DNA of 63,641 nucleotides, filler included. It is 5 parts of 5 records of this genome, joined end to end, with 100 filler letters (N's around TTAATTAATTAA, not from the genome) between each part and the next. Parts side by side here need not be neighbours in the genome. Positions count along the whole stretch, not along the records: positions 30,688 to 52,731 come from SRR31156797_799; 4 more parts are not named here. The stretch is one strand, 5' to 3'. The translations under genes and the position numbers were made by a program. This document shows positions 30,738 to 40,953 of the stretch, piece after piece. The notes under the pieces were generated by a model, which saw only the letters and a program-made list of their open reading frames with translations, was not told where the DNA came from and did not search any database. Numbering within the stretch: the first letter of the stretch is position 1; the number at the start of each line of letters is the position of its first letter.

Positions 30738-30796
30738 TGGTTTAGCCCCCGTAAAATCTCAAATTCAAATTATCCGATTTTACGGGGGCTAAACCA
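30738..30796. repeat. Perfect 21-bp inverted repeat (REP/MITE-like)
   Basis: tggtttagcccccgtaaaatc / gattttacgggggctaaacca with a 17-nt loop. Confidence 0.85.
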
Positions 30797-31639
30797 AGGG
30801 CAACCTATGGTAAACAAGTGTTAAAGCAGCTATCCGAACAATTAACTCTGGAGTTTGGTAAGGGATTCGATGAAAGCAACCTTAAAAACATGCGCATCTT
30901 TTACCATGCCTTCCTAAAACGTGACGCACTGCGTCACGAATTAAGCTGGACACACTACCGCATCCTTTCCAGGGTTGAAAAGAAAAAAGATCGCATACAA
31001 TACATGCAACTTGCGGTGGGCGAAAACTGGAATACCCGCGAACTGGAAAGGAATATCCGCTCCGGGTACTTAGGCTGCATGCTGGAAATGCCGGAAAATG
31101 GCAATAAAAACACGACTCAGTCTTACATAAAAGACCCTTACATTTTTGAGTTCCTGGGGCTGAAACCTGATGCCCGGCATCAGGAAAGTACTATCGAGAC
31201 GGCATTAATTGATCATTTAAAAAATTTCCTGATGGAACTGGGAAAGGGATTTGCCTTTGTCGAGCGCCAACAACATGTTGTTACCGATACCTCCGATTTT
31301 TATATCGACCTGGTATTTTACCATTATCATTTAAAGTGTTTTGTGTTAATCGACCTAAAGGCCGACAAACTTAAGCATGAACATATCGGGCAACTGGATA
31401 TGTATGTGCGCATGTATGACGACCTAAAGCGCGGCGAAGATGACAACCCAACCATAGGCATTATCCTTTGCACAGAAAAAGATGAAACCATAGTAAAATA
31501 CAGTGTACTGGCAGAGAATAAAAAGCTGTTTGCCAGCAAATACCGCCTTTACCTGCCTGACGAAGAAGAATTAAAAGCGCTGATTGACAGGGACAGGAAA
31601 CGTTTGGAAAAGGAATTGTTTCCTGACCGCTCCAGGTAA
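30797..31639 (+). pseudogene. YhcG/DUF1016 PD-(D/E)XK nuclease, apparently missing its N-terminus
   Basis: RATYGKQVLKQLS...LSWTHY...KDPYIFEFL...ELGKGFAFV.RQ...IDL.FYH...GQLDMY...DNPTIGIILC. Confidence 0.7.
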
Positions 31640-32092
31640 AACATATCAAAACAAAAAAAACCAAATGAAAGACAACAATACCATCATTCACAGCACCCTG
31701 GATGAGGGATATGATTTTTACGTGGCTGACAAATGGAACAGGAAATACCATTTTAAATTCGCAACATGAAGGGTGGAACTTTAAATTTCGGATTTTTGAT
31801 GCTGAAACGGCCAACAGGATTGTCACAGATACAGTAAAAGGAGCTGCCGGGTTGTTGCTCCGGCGCAATAAACACCCCGAATCAGAAATCGACAAAGTTT
31901 CTATAAACAGTACCTCGCGGTTATAATCATCATTTACATTAGATGCACGGAATTTTCTGCCACTTCATTACATTTTTTCATTTTCCAATATAATAACCAT
32001 CTATTATATATATAGGTCAGTGCATAAAAAACCGAGTACCCCATAAAGCAGATATCTATTTTAAAATCAGTGTTAAACTGCTGCCCCTATTG

Positions 32093-32115
32093 TTATTTAA
32101 ACTGTATTCAAATTA
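32093..32115 (+). promoter_or_regulatory. AT-rich imperfect palindrome upstream of the cytochrome operon
   Basis: ttatttaaactgtattcaaatta; a TACTTTTG -7-type element follows at 32149-32156. Confidence 0.4.
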
Positions 32116-32212
32116 GAGCACGAGGTTCATGATTTGTGGGTTTTCCACTACTTTTGCTATTAACGCGAATTGGAATACACAGCAATTTTACCAATTTAAA
32201 ACGGATTAAATT

Positions 32213-33082
32213 TTGACCAGAACAGCACATATATTCTACATTACAGTATTGTCGGCAATTGTAATCGTCTCTTTTGTGATACTAATCTACGTGGGCACTT
32301 CATACTACCAGGTACCATTGGAAGAAAGGTATTTTCACGACAGCCACCAGGCATACAAGCCCAGCGGTGTGATCGGGCACGGGCTTGGAATTTTCGGTTC
32401 ACTGGCTATGATTATTGGGGTGAGCATTTATATGGCCCGCAAGCGATTCCGTTCCCTGGCCCGCCTTGGCTTGTTGAAGCACTGGCTTGAATTTCACATT
32501 TTTCTTTGCACCCTCGGCCCTATGCTGGTTTTGTTTCATACTTCCTTCAAGTTCGGCGGTATTGTGGCCATTAGTTTCTGGAGTATGGTAGCTGTATTTT
32601 TAAGCGGGATTATCGGGCGGTTTATCTACATCCAGATTCCCCGTACCATCGAAGGGCGGGAGCTCAGCCTTGGGGAAGTACGCGAAATGAAAAAAGGAAT
32701 TGATGATATTTTAGAAACCAATCGCGACCTGAATGAAGAAAGCCGGAACTACATCCTGAATGCCATACTTGGCCAGGATGATCCGGGCCGGAAAAAAGGC
32801 ATTTTTTCCATTTTCAGTGATTATTTCAATGACCTTGGCAAGAGAAGTAAATTGAAATCAAAATTGAAAAATGCCGGGATAGCAAAAAAGGAAACCAAAA
32901 GGATACTGGGGCTGGTACGAAGTGAAATGTCGCTGAACAGGCGCATCAACCGGCTGAGCCTGATGCAGGAATTGTTCAGATACTGGCATGTGGCTCACCT
33001 GCCCTTTGCATTGGTCATGCTGATAATCATGCTGATACACATCGGGGTAACCATCACATTTGGCGCTCACTGGATCTTTTAA
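32213..33082 (+). CDS. Di-heme b (ferric-reductase-like) membrane protein
   Basis: Two TM His pairs, each 14 residues apart (EFHIF...LFHT and VAHLP...LIHIG). Confidence 0.7.
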   Translation: MTRTAHIFYITVLSAIVIVSFVILIYVGTSYYQVPLEERYFHDSHQAYKPSGVIGHGLGIFGSLAMIIGVSIYMARKRFRSLARLGLLKHWLEFHIFLCTLGPMLVLFHTSFKFGGIVAISFWSMVAVFLSGIIGRFIYIQIPRTIEGRELSLGEVREMKKGIDDILETNRDLNEESRNYILNAILGQDDPGRKKGIFSIFSDYFNDLGKRSKLKSKLKNAGIAKKETKRILGLVRSEMSLNRRINRLSLMQELFRYWHVAHLPFALVMLIIMLIHIGVTITFGAHWIF

Positions 33083-33085
33083 ACC

Positions 33086-34423
33086 ATGGAAGTACTCATC
33101 GAAGAAATATTAACCTATTCAGTTGTCATCCTCCTTTGCGCGGTTGTGGTTTTCATTTACCTGAGAAAACAGCGCAATATTTCCAGGAAAACCGAGGAAA
33201 AAATCAAACAGGCTAAGGAAGAAGGATTGTTTGAACCCGTATCGCTGCACCCGGTGGTAGATAAAAACAGTTGTATTAAAACCGGTGCCTGTATTACAGC
33301 ATGCCCTGAGAAAGACATCCTTGGTATCGTAAACGGGAAAGCTACCCCGGTGAATGCATCACGATGTGTAGGCCACGGTGCATGCTTCCATGCGTGCCCT
33401 ACAGAAGCCATCACACTTTGTATTGGCACAGAAAAGCGTGGCGTGGACCTGCCGCACGTAAACAAATATTTCGAAACGAATGTCCGGGGTATTTTTATTG
33501 CCGGTGAACTGGGTGGCATGGGCCTGATCAGGAATGCCGTTGAACAAGGCAGGCAGGCGGTGGAAAACATCACCAGGGTGGTGAAGGAAAAACATACCGC
33601 CGACTACGACCTGATCATCGTTGGAGCCGGGCCCGCAGGTATTGCAGGATCGCTCACCGCCAAAAAGAACAACCTGAAGTTTCTCACGTTGGAGCAGGAT
33701 TCACTGGGCGGAACAGTTTATACATTTCCACGATCAAAAATTGTTATGACTTCTGCAATGGAACTTCCCATGCACGGAAAAGTGAAAATGTATGAAACCA
33801 GCAAACCAGAATTGCTGGAACTCTGGGAAACAGTACTCCGTAAAAACGATATATCCATCATCGAAAACAATAAGGTAGAGGAGATTACTCCTGTAAACAG
33901 GCACTTCGAACTGAAAACCTCAACCGGCAAAACCTATTCTACCAAATGCGTCCTGGTTTCAATTGGCCGCAGAGGATCGCCACGAAAACTGGCCATCCCT
34001 GGTGAGCAATCCGTAAAAGTTGCCTACAGGCTGCTTGAACCCGAGGAGATCAGCGGTAAAAAGGTCATGGTAGTGGGTGGTGGAGATTCTGCCATCGAAT
34101 CGGCACTGATGCTGGCGGATCAAAATGAGGTGACCCTCTCGTACCGCAAGGATAAATTCAACCGGCTGAAGCCCAAAAACAAGGCAAAAATTGATGAAGC
34201 CATTGATTCCGGAAAGGTCAAAGTAATCTACAATTCAAACCTGGTAAAGATTGAAGAGCCTGCCGTTACCCTAAAGGTAGACGACAAGGAAGAATCACTG
34301 ATTTTGGAAAACGACCTGGTTTACATTTTTGCAGGCGGAGAATTGCCAACACAGTTCCTGAAAAATGCCGGCATCAACATCACCAAAAAATTTGGCGACG
34401 CCATTTTGAAACACGATAAATAG
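33086..34423 (+). CDS. Membrane-anchored 4Fe-4S ferredoxin / FAD-NAD(P)H oxidoreductase (TrxR/YpdA-like)
   Basis: N-terminal TM helix; CIKTGACITACP and CVGHGACFHACP; GAGPAG; GGGDSA. Confidence 0.85.
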   Translation: MEVLIEEILTYSVVILLCAVVVFIYLRKQRNISRKTEEKIKQAKEEGLFEPVSLHPVVDKNSCIKTGACITACPEKDILGIVNGKATPVNASRCVGHGACFHACPTEAITLCIGTEKRGVDLPHVNKYFETNVRGIFIAGELGGMGLIRNAVEQGRQAVENITRVVKEKHTADYDLIIVGAGPAGIAGSLTAKKNNLKFLTLEQDSLGGTVYTFPRSKIVMTSAMELPMHGKVKMYETSKPELLELWETVLRKNDISIIENNKVEEITPVNRHFELKTSTGKTYSTKCVLVSIGRRGSPRKLAIPGEQSVKVAYRLLEPEEISGKKVMVVGGGDSAIESALMLADQNEVTLSYRKDKFNRLKPKNKAKIDEAIDSGKVKVIYNSNLVKIEEPAVTLKVDDKEESLILENDLVYIFAGGELPTQFLKNAGINITKKFGDAILKHDK

Positions 34424-34443
34424 CACACAATCATAATTGATCA

Positions 34444-36036
34444 ATGAAACTGAAAAGCCTGAAAATACTACCAATACTAATTTTTCTCCTGATATGGATA
34501 ACTCCGTTGCCGGGACAGATTTCTCCCGGGGAGTTGGCCCAGGCTCATGCCCATCTTGAAGGGCTTTCAAATTGCACAAAATGCCACACCCTTGGCGAAA
34601 AAGTTACCGATGAAAAATGCCTCGACTGCCACACCGCCATTCAATTTCTGATCGCTAACGACCGTGGATACCATGTTTCGAAGGAAGTTAAAGGCAGGCA
34701 CTGCTATGAATGCCACAACGACCATCACGGCAGAAAATTTCAGATCATCCGCTTCGATCAGGATACCTTCAATCATGACCTGACCGGTTATCGGCTGGAG
34801 GGAGCACATGCAGACAAAGATTGCAAATCTTGTCACAAAAAGGATTACATCGACAACTCGGAGCTACTCAAAAAAGATTTCACCTGGCTGGGCCTTGAGC
34901 AAACCTGCCTCACCTGCCATGAAGATTACCACCAGGGCACCCTGGCAGCAAGTTGTATGGACTGCCACAATTACGATCATTTCAGCCCGGCACCGGGATT
35001 TGATCATGCAAATACTAATTTTCAGTTAAGGGGAAAACATGCCGAAACCGAATGCGTGGAATGCCATGAAATTACTGATCGGAATGGCAGGCAATTCCAG
35101 GTTTTCAGTGGTGTTGCTCACCAAAGTTGTACAAACTGTCACGAGGATGTCCACAACAACAAGTTCGGACAAAATTGCACCTTATGTCACAACGAAACCT
35201 CGTTTCACCAGATTAATGAACTGACTAACATCAATCACGACCAAACGGATTTTCCGCTGGAAGGCAAACATGAAACGGTGGATTGCCGGGATTGCCACGA
35301 AACAGGTTATCTTGAACCCGTTCCCCATAATCAGTGTCTCGATTGCCACGAAGATTTTCATGGAGGTCAGTTTATCAGGGACGGCAAAAACACAGATTGT
35401 TCTGCCTGTCACAGTGTAGAGAATTTCCAGGGTTCTTCATTTACCATCGACCGCCACAGCAAAACACGGTTTCCGCTGGAAGGTGCGCACATGGCAACAC
35501 CCTGCTTTGTTTGTCACAAGCCCGAAAGCGAATGGATATTCAGGGATATCGGCGTGGAATGTATAGACTGCCATGACAATATCCACGAAAGTTACATCAG
35601 TGAAAAATATTACCCCGACAATCAATGTACGGCCTGCCATGAAGTTTCGCGGTGGCATGATGTAAGTTTCGATCATGATAAAACGGCATTCAGGCTTGAA
35701 GGGGCCCATGCAGTTCAAACATGCCGCGACTGCCATTTTGAAGACAGCAAAGGCCGGGAAGTGCAGCGTTTTAAAAGCCTGGATACACATTGTACCGAAT
35801 GCCATCAGGACATCCATTATAACCAGTTTGATGAGGGCGGAACAACTGAATGCCTGGGTTGTCATGGTTATAACAACTGGACAGCTGAAAAATTTGACCA
35901 CAACAATACCCGGTTTAAACTCGAAGGCAAACACAAGGGCGTAGCCTGCGATAAATGCCATTTCGAAAAGAGAATCGATAACAAAATATTCATCCAATTT
36001 AAAATGGAGCGTTTCAAATGCGAAGACTGTCATTAA
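34444..36036 (+). CDS. Multiheme cytochrome c, 20 CxxCH
   Basis: Signal peptide; 20 CxxCH counted by hand; recurring F.H..T.F.L.G.H tri-heme units. Confidence 0.92.
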   Translation: MKLKSLKILPILIFLLIWITPLPGQISPGELAQAHAHLEGLSNCTKCHTLGEKVTDEKCLDCHTAIQFLIANDRGYHVSKEVKGRHCYECHNDHHGRKFQIIRFDQDTFNHDLTGYRLEGAHADKDCKSCHKKDYIDNSELLKKDFTWLGLEQTCLTCHEDYHQGTLAASCMDCHNYDHFSPAPGFDHANTNFQLRGKHAETECVECHEITDRNGRQFQVFSGVAHQSCTNCHEDVHNNKFGQNCTLCHNETSFHQINELTNINHDQTDFPLEGKHETVDCRDCHETGYLEPVPHNQCLDCHEDFHGGQFIRDGKNTDCSACHSVENFQGSSFTIDRHSKTRFPLEGAHMATPCFVCHKPESEWIFRDIGVECIDCHDNIHESYISEKYYPDNQCTACHEVSRWHDVSFDHDKTAFRLEGAHAVQTCRDCHFEDSKGREVQRFKSLDTHCTECHQDIHYNQFDEGGTTECLGCHGYNNWTAEKFDHNNTRFKLEGKHKGVACDKCHFEKRIDNKIFIQFKMERFKCEDCH

Positions 36037-39000
36037 TGGCCCTTATTGGAGTTGCCGTTGTTTTTGCGGCATTTCAGATTACTACCGATTCCCCGCACGG
36101 AGATGAACTCGACATCGACTGTGGCGTGTGCCATACTCCCGAAGGCTGGAAACTGGACAAGGAGCACTATTCTTTCGATCATGGTACTACAAAATTTCCA
36201 CTTACAGGACAACATCATTCTTTTGATTGTAGAAAATGTCACGAATCGCTCATATTCTCAGAAGCTGAAACCGAATGTGTTTCCTGCCATACCGACATTC
36301 ATGAGCAAACGGTTGGTATGGAATGCGGCCGTTGCCACACTTCACAATCGTGGTTGGTGCACAACATCACCGAAATTCACCAGTTAAGCCGTTTTCCGCT
36401 AACAGGCCCGCACGTTACAGCCACCTGTAACGACTGTCACGAATCAGCCAGCTCACTCAGGTTCGAGCCACTGGGTGTGGAATGTATCGATTGTCATGAG
36501 GATGATTACCTTTCGGCCACGAGCCCAAACCATGTTGAAAATGATTATTCAACCAATTGCCTGGATTGCCATGCCATGTATGCTTTTACATGGACAGGTG
36601 CAGGCATCGATCATAGCTTTTTCCCGCTCACACTTGGCCATGACCTGGCAGATTGTTACCAGTGCCACACGGAGGGAACCGACTATGGAAATATTTCCAG
36701 TGATTGTGTGTCCTGCCATGAGGAGGACTTTAACACTACTGCCAATCCCGATCACCAGGAAGCCGGTTTCACAACCGAATGTACCGACTGCCACACCACA
36801 AATCCGGGATGGAATCCTGCCAGTTTCTTTGAGCATGACGTACAGTTTTTCCCAGTTTATTCTGGCGAGCACAATGGTGAATGGAATACCTGTACCGACT
36901 GCCATACTAACCCTGCAGATTATACAATTTTCAGTTGTACTGTTTGCCACGAGCACAACCAGGCTGATATGGATGAGGAGCACAATGAAGTGGGCGGCTA
37001 CGTTTACGAAAGCATGGCTTGCCTCGAATGCCACCCCACAGGCAGCGGCGATGAGGTTTTCGATCACAATGCAACTGCTTTTCCACTCACCGGCGCCCAT
37101 ATCGGTTCAGACTGTATGAACTGCCACTCTGCCGGATTTGAAGGAACACCAACGGAATGTTTTTCATGTCATGAAGCCGAATTCATCGAATCCATGAACC
37201 CGGCACATGACGATCTTGGGCTTTCGCAGGATTGTGGTGAATGTCACTCAACCCTGCCCGGATGGGAACCTGCCACTTTCGAAATTCATTACCAGTTTTA
37301 TGCGCTCATAGGAGCACATGCCAACATTGCCAATGATTGCGCGGCCTGTCATGAGGGCAATTACATCGAAACACCCAATAGCTGTGTGGGATGCCACCAG
37401 GAAGAATATAACCAGACATCAGATCCACCACACGAAACTTCCGGTTTTTCTACCGAATGCCTCGACTGTCATACACAAAGTGAATGGGAGCCTTCCACTT
37501 TCGACCACGACGGACAATATTTCCCGATATACAGCGGAGAACACAACGGAGAGTGGAATGCCTGCATGGATTGCCATTCGGATCCCTCTAATTTCGAAAT
37601 CTTCACCTGTACCGACTGCCATGAGCACAACCAGCCCGATATGGATGAAGAGCATGAAGGCGTTGGAGGATATATTTATGAATCCTCAGCCTGCTTCGAA
37701 TGTCACCCCACCGGTGAATCTGCAGGTTCTTTTAACCACAACAATTCTGCATTTCCACTAACCGGCGCTCATATTACCACAACCTGTGTTGAATGTCACG
37801 AAAGTGGATACCAGGGGACTCCAACAGATTGTTTTGCATGTCATGAACCGGATTACAACGGGTCGGTAAACCCCAGCCATCAGGAACTCGGACTGGAAAC
37901 GGCCTGTGAGGATTGCCATACCACAAATCCCGGATGGGAGCCTGCTACCTTCGAAATCCATAACGATTACTATGAACTCGTTGGTGCGCATGCCGGCATC
38001 TCGAACAGTTGCATCGACTGCCACAATGGCGAATACAACAACACACCGAATACATGTTTCGGGTGTCATGAAGAAGATTATAACCAGACAAACGACCCAC
38101 CGCACTCATCAGCAGGATTCCCGACAGAATGCCTGGAATGCCACACGCAAGAGGTCTGGGAACCATCCACTTTTGACCATGATGGCATGTATTTCCCGAT
38201 TTACAGTGGTGAACACAACAGGGAGTGGAACTCCTGCATAGAATGTCATACGGAGCCAAACAATTTCATGGTGTTCAGTTGTATTGATTGTCATGAACAC
38301 AATCAGCCCGACATGGATGAGGAACATCAGGGTGTTGGCGGCTACCTCTACGAATCATCAGCATGTTTTGAGTGCCATCCTACGGGTGAATCTTCCGGTG
38401 CATTCAACCACAACAGTTCCAACTTTCCGCTTACCGGAGCCCATGCTACCACAACTTGTCTTGAATGTCACGAAAGCGGATACCAGAACACACCTACCGA
38501 TTGCTTTGCCTGTCATGAACCGGATTACAACCAGGCATCAAACCCTAACCACATCAACCTGGGGCTGGGTAACGACTGTGAGGAATGCCACAGCGCAGAA
38601 CCGGGCTGGTCGCCGGCAACTTTCGACATCCACAATGATTATTATGTGCTGCAGGGTGCGCATGTTACCATTGCCAATAACTGCACCGAATGTCATGGTG
38701 GGAATTACAACAACACACCAAACACCTGTTTCGGGTGCCACGAAGAGGAGTACAACCAGGCCAATGATCCACCGCACCAGCAGGCAAATTTCCCCGTCGA
38801 ATGTGAGCTTTGCCACAGCCAGAATGTATGGGAGCCCTCCACTTTCGATCATGATGCACTCTATTTCCCCATCTACAGCGGGGAGCACAACCGTGAGTGG
38901 AATACCTGCTCCGATTGCCATACCAACCCTGGAAACTATGCTGTTTTCAGTTGTTTCCAATGCCACAGCCAGCCTGAAATGGATGATGAACACGATGATG

Positions 39001-39107
39001 TTTCCGGGTATGAATACAACAGTATTGCATGCCTCGAATGTCACCCCAACGGCAATCAACCATTCCATATTGAATCGAATCCAATCCGGGACTTCATAAA
39101 AGAATAG
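36018..39107 (+). CDS. Giant acidic multiheme cytochrome c, 40 CxxCH
   Basis: Signal peptide; 40 CxxCH counted by hand; three 224-aa nine-heme repeats. Confidence 0.92.
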   Translation: MRRLSLMALIGVAVVFAAFQITTDSPHGDELDIDCGVCHTPEGWKLDKEHYSFDHGTTKFPLTGQHHSFDCRKCHESLIFSEAETECVSCHTDIHEQTVGMECGRCHTSQSWLVHNITEIHQLSRFPLTGPHVTATCNDCHESASSLRFEPLGVECIDCHEDDYLSATSPNHVENDYSTNCLDCHAMYAFTWTGAGIDHSFFPLTLGHDLADCYQCHTEGTDYGNISSDCVSCHEEDFNTTANPDHQEAGFTTECTDCHTTNPGWNPASFFEHDVQFFPVYSGEHNGEWNTCTDCHTNPADYTIFSCTVCHEHNQADMDEEHNEVGGYVYESMACLECHPTGSGDEVFDHNATAFPLTGAHIGSDCMNCHSAGFEGTPTECFSCHEAEFIESMNPAHDDLGLSQDCGECHSTLPGWEPATFEIHYQFYALIGAHANIANDCAACHEGNYIETPNSCVGCHQEEYNQTSDPPHETSGFSTECLDCHTQSEWEPSTFDHDGQYFPIYSGEHNGEWNACMDCHSDPSNFEIFTCTDCHEHNQPDMDEEHEGVGGYIYESSACFECHPTGESAGSFNHNNSAFPLTGAHITTTCVECHESGYQGTPTDCFACHEPDYNGSVNPSHQELGLETACEDCHTTNPGWEPATFEIHNDYYELVGAHAGISNSCIDCHNGEYNNTPNTCFGCHEEDYNQTNDPPHSSAGFPTECLECHTQEVWEPSTFDHDGMYFPIYSGEHNREWNSCIECHTEPNNFMVFSCIDCHEHNQPDMDEEHQGVGGYLYESSACFECHPTGESSGAFNHNSSNFPLTGAHATTTCLECHESGYQNTPTDCFACHEPDYNQASNPNHINLGLGNDCEECHSAEPGWSPATFDIHNDYYVLQGAHVTIANNCTECHGGNYNNTPNTCFGCHEEEYNQANDPPHQQANFPVECELCHSQNVWEPSTFDHDALYFPIYSGEHNREWNTCSDCHTNPGNYAVFSCFQCHSQPEMDDEHDDVSGYEYNSIACLECHPNGNQPFHIESNPIRDFIKE

Positions 39108-39111
39108 GGCC

Positions 39112-40722
39112 ATGAAAACATTTATACTGATACTAACCGGAGTGTTGATTTGTTTTTTTGCTTTTGCGCAGGATACCGGGGAGGATTTACGCACAGGAAA
39201 AGTTACCTACCTGAGTTCGCAGAATGTGTATGTGGGATTTGACAAAACCGAAGGGATTGAGCAGGGCGATACACTTTATCTATCGAAAGATGGGATTACA
39301 ATCCCGGCACTCGTTGTAACCAACCTGTCATCCATTTCCTGTGTTTGCCAGCCATTGCCCGGTGTGGATATCCAGCTGGATGACACCGTTCTATTTGAAC
39401 CTCGTGTAGTAAAACCCCCTGAGCCGGAAAGTACTGTGCAGGGGTCCCCCGAAACTGATACGATACCTATTGTAAGTGAAGAAGAAATTACAACAATTAC
39501 AGCGGATTCTGAAACGCAGGAACGTATATCCGGCAGGGTTTCGGTATCTTCTTATGCCGACCTCTCGGATGTCGAAACACGCGATAATTTTAAAATGCGG
39601 TATATCCTGTCGTTAAGCGCTGCCAATATCCGCGAATCCAATCTGTCGTTTGAGAGCTACATTGCATTCAGCCACCGCAGCAACGAATGGAGCGAAATCA
39701 AAGATAACATATACAACGGACTGAAAATTTACAACTTGTCGGTAAATTACAAATTCAGTGAGGATACCAGGCTTTGGTTTGGCCGCCGCATAAACCCCAG
39801 GGTATCAAGTATGGGTGCAATCGACGGGCTGCAACTGGAACATAAGCTGAACAATTTTACCCTCGGTGCCATAGCAGGATCAAGGCCTGATTGGTCCGAT
39901 TACAGTTTCAACTTCAAACTATTCCAGGCCGGAGTATATGCCAGCCATGAATACGCAACTTCAACCCTGAATATGATGAATACCATCGCTGTGGTTGACC
40001 AGGAAAACAACTGGAACACCGACCGGCGCTTCATCTATCTGCAACATACCAACCGCCTTTTTAAAAAAGTATACTTCTTTGGTTCAGGCGAAATAGACTT
40101 GTACGAGAAAGTAGACGGGATACAGAAAAATACCTTCAGCCTCACCAACCTGTACCTTCGTTTACGATATCGTGTGATGCGAAGCCTTTCTTTTTCATTG
40201 TCGTATAGTGCGCGAAACAACCTCATCCTTTACGAAACCTACAAAAGCTATATAGAACGGTTGTTGGAAACCGAAACCCTACAGGGATTTGTTGCGTTAG
40301 TAAACGTGAAGCCCGTCCGCAACATCAACATTGGGTTACGTGCCGGTTACCGCGACCGGGGTGGCGACATCAGGCCATCGAAAAATCTTTACGGATATGT
40401 GAATTTTGCCCGTTTGCCTTTCTGGGATCTGTCGGCCACAGCCACCGCGATTTTCCTGGAAACCAGTTATCTGAACAGCAAAGTATTTGGGCTGCGGCTT
40501 TCACGCGATCTGATCCCGGGAAAACTATTCGGTTCGCTGGGCTACCGAAACATCAATTACGATTATCTGAACCAGGATTACTCCATTGCACAAAACTGTA
40601 TCGAATTCAATCTGAACCTGAAAACCATCTGGAAAATTTATGCCTCACTCAACTACGAAAGCACCTTCGACAAAGACATGAGTTACTACCGGGTTTATGT
40701 GAACCTTTCCAAACGGTTTTAA
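39112..40722 (+). CDS. Putative outer-membrane beta-barrel protein with N-terminal soluble domain
   Basis: Signal peptide, Pro/Thr/Glu linker, alternating amphipathic strands, ends YRVYVNLSKRF. Confidence 0.7.
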   Translation: MKTFILILTGVLICFFAFAQDTGEDLRTGKVTYLSSQNVYVGFDKTEGIEQGDTLYLSKDGITIPALVVTNLSSISCVCQPLPGVDIQLDDTVLFEPRVVKPPEPESTVQGSPETDTIPIVSEEEITTITADSETQERISGRVSVSSYADLSDVETRDNFKMRYILSLSAANIRESNLSFESYIAFSHRSNEWSEIKDNIYNGLKIYNLSVNYKFSEDTRLWFGRRINPRVSSMGAIDGLQLEHKLNNFTLGAIAGSRPDWSDYSFNFKLFQAGVYASHEYATSTLNMMNTIAVVDQENNWNTDRRFIYLQHTNRLFKKVYFFGSGEIDLYEKVDGIQKNTFSLTNLYLRLRYRVMRSLSFSLSYSARNNLILYETYKSYIERLLETETLQGFVALVNVKPVRNINIGLRAGYRDRGGDIRPSKNLYGYVNFARLPFWDLSATATAIFLETSYLNSKVFGLRLSRDLIPGKLFGSLGYRNINYDYLNQDYSIAQNCIEFNLNLKTIWKIYASLNYESTFDKDMSYYRVYVNLSKRF

Positions 40723-40953
40723 ATGTGAATAGATTATTGGCGGAATTGATATATCAGGCGCATTTGTGATTTGAAATCGAATGGCAACAAAGGATCATTT
40801 TGTTGTTGATGGCTCTCATGATATGCGATATTTCCACCTCATTATCAACCCACTAAGCTGACACCTCTTTGACTCACTGTTGCATTTGCCATTGATTTGA
40901 ACTATATTTGTTGGGCATTCCTTAAATTCAATCATATAAAAGCACACAAAGAG

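Noticed and set aside
36000-36040. Programmed frameshift fusing the two cytochromes
   Set aside because: No slippery heptamer, and the second ORF has its own signal peptide
37060-39060. Cytochrome repeats as DGR template/variable repeats or a CRISPR array
   Set aside because: They are in-frame coding repeats, with no reverse transcriptase, cas gene or repeat-spacer pattern
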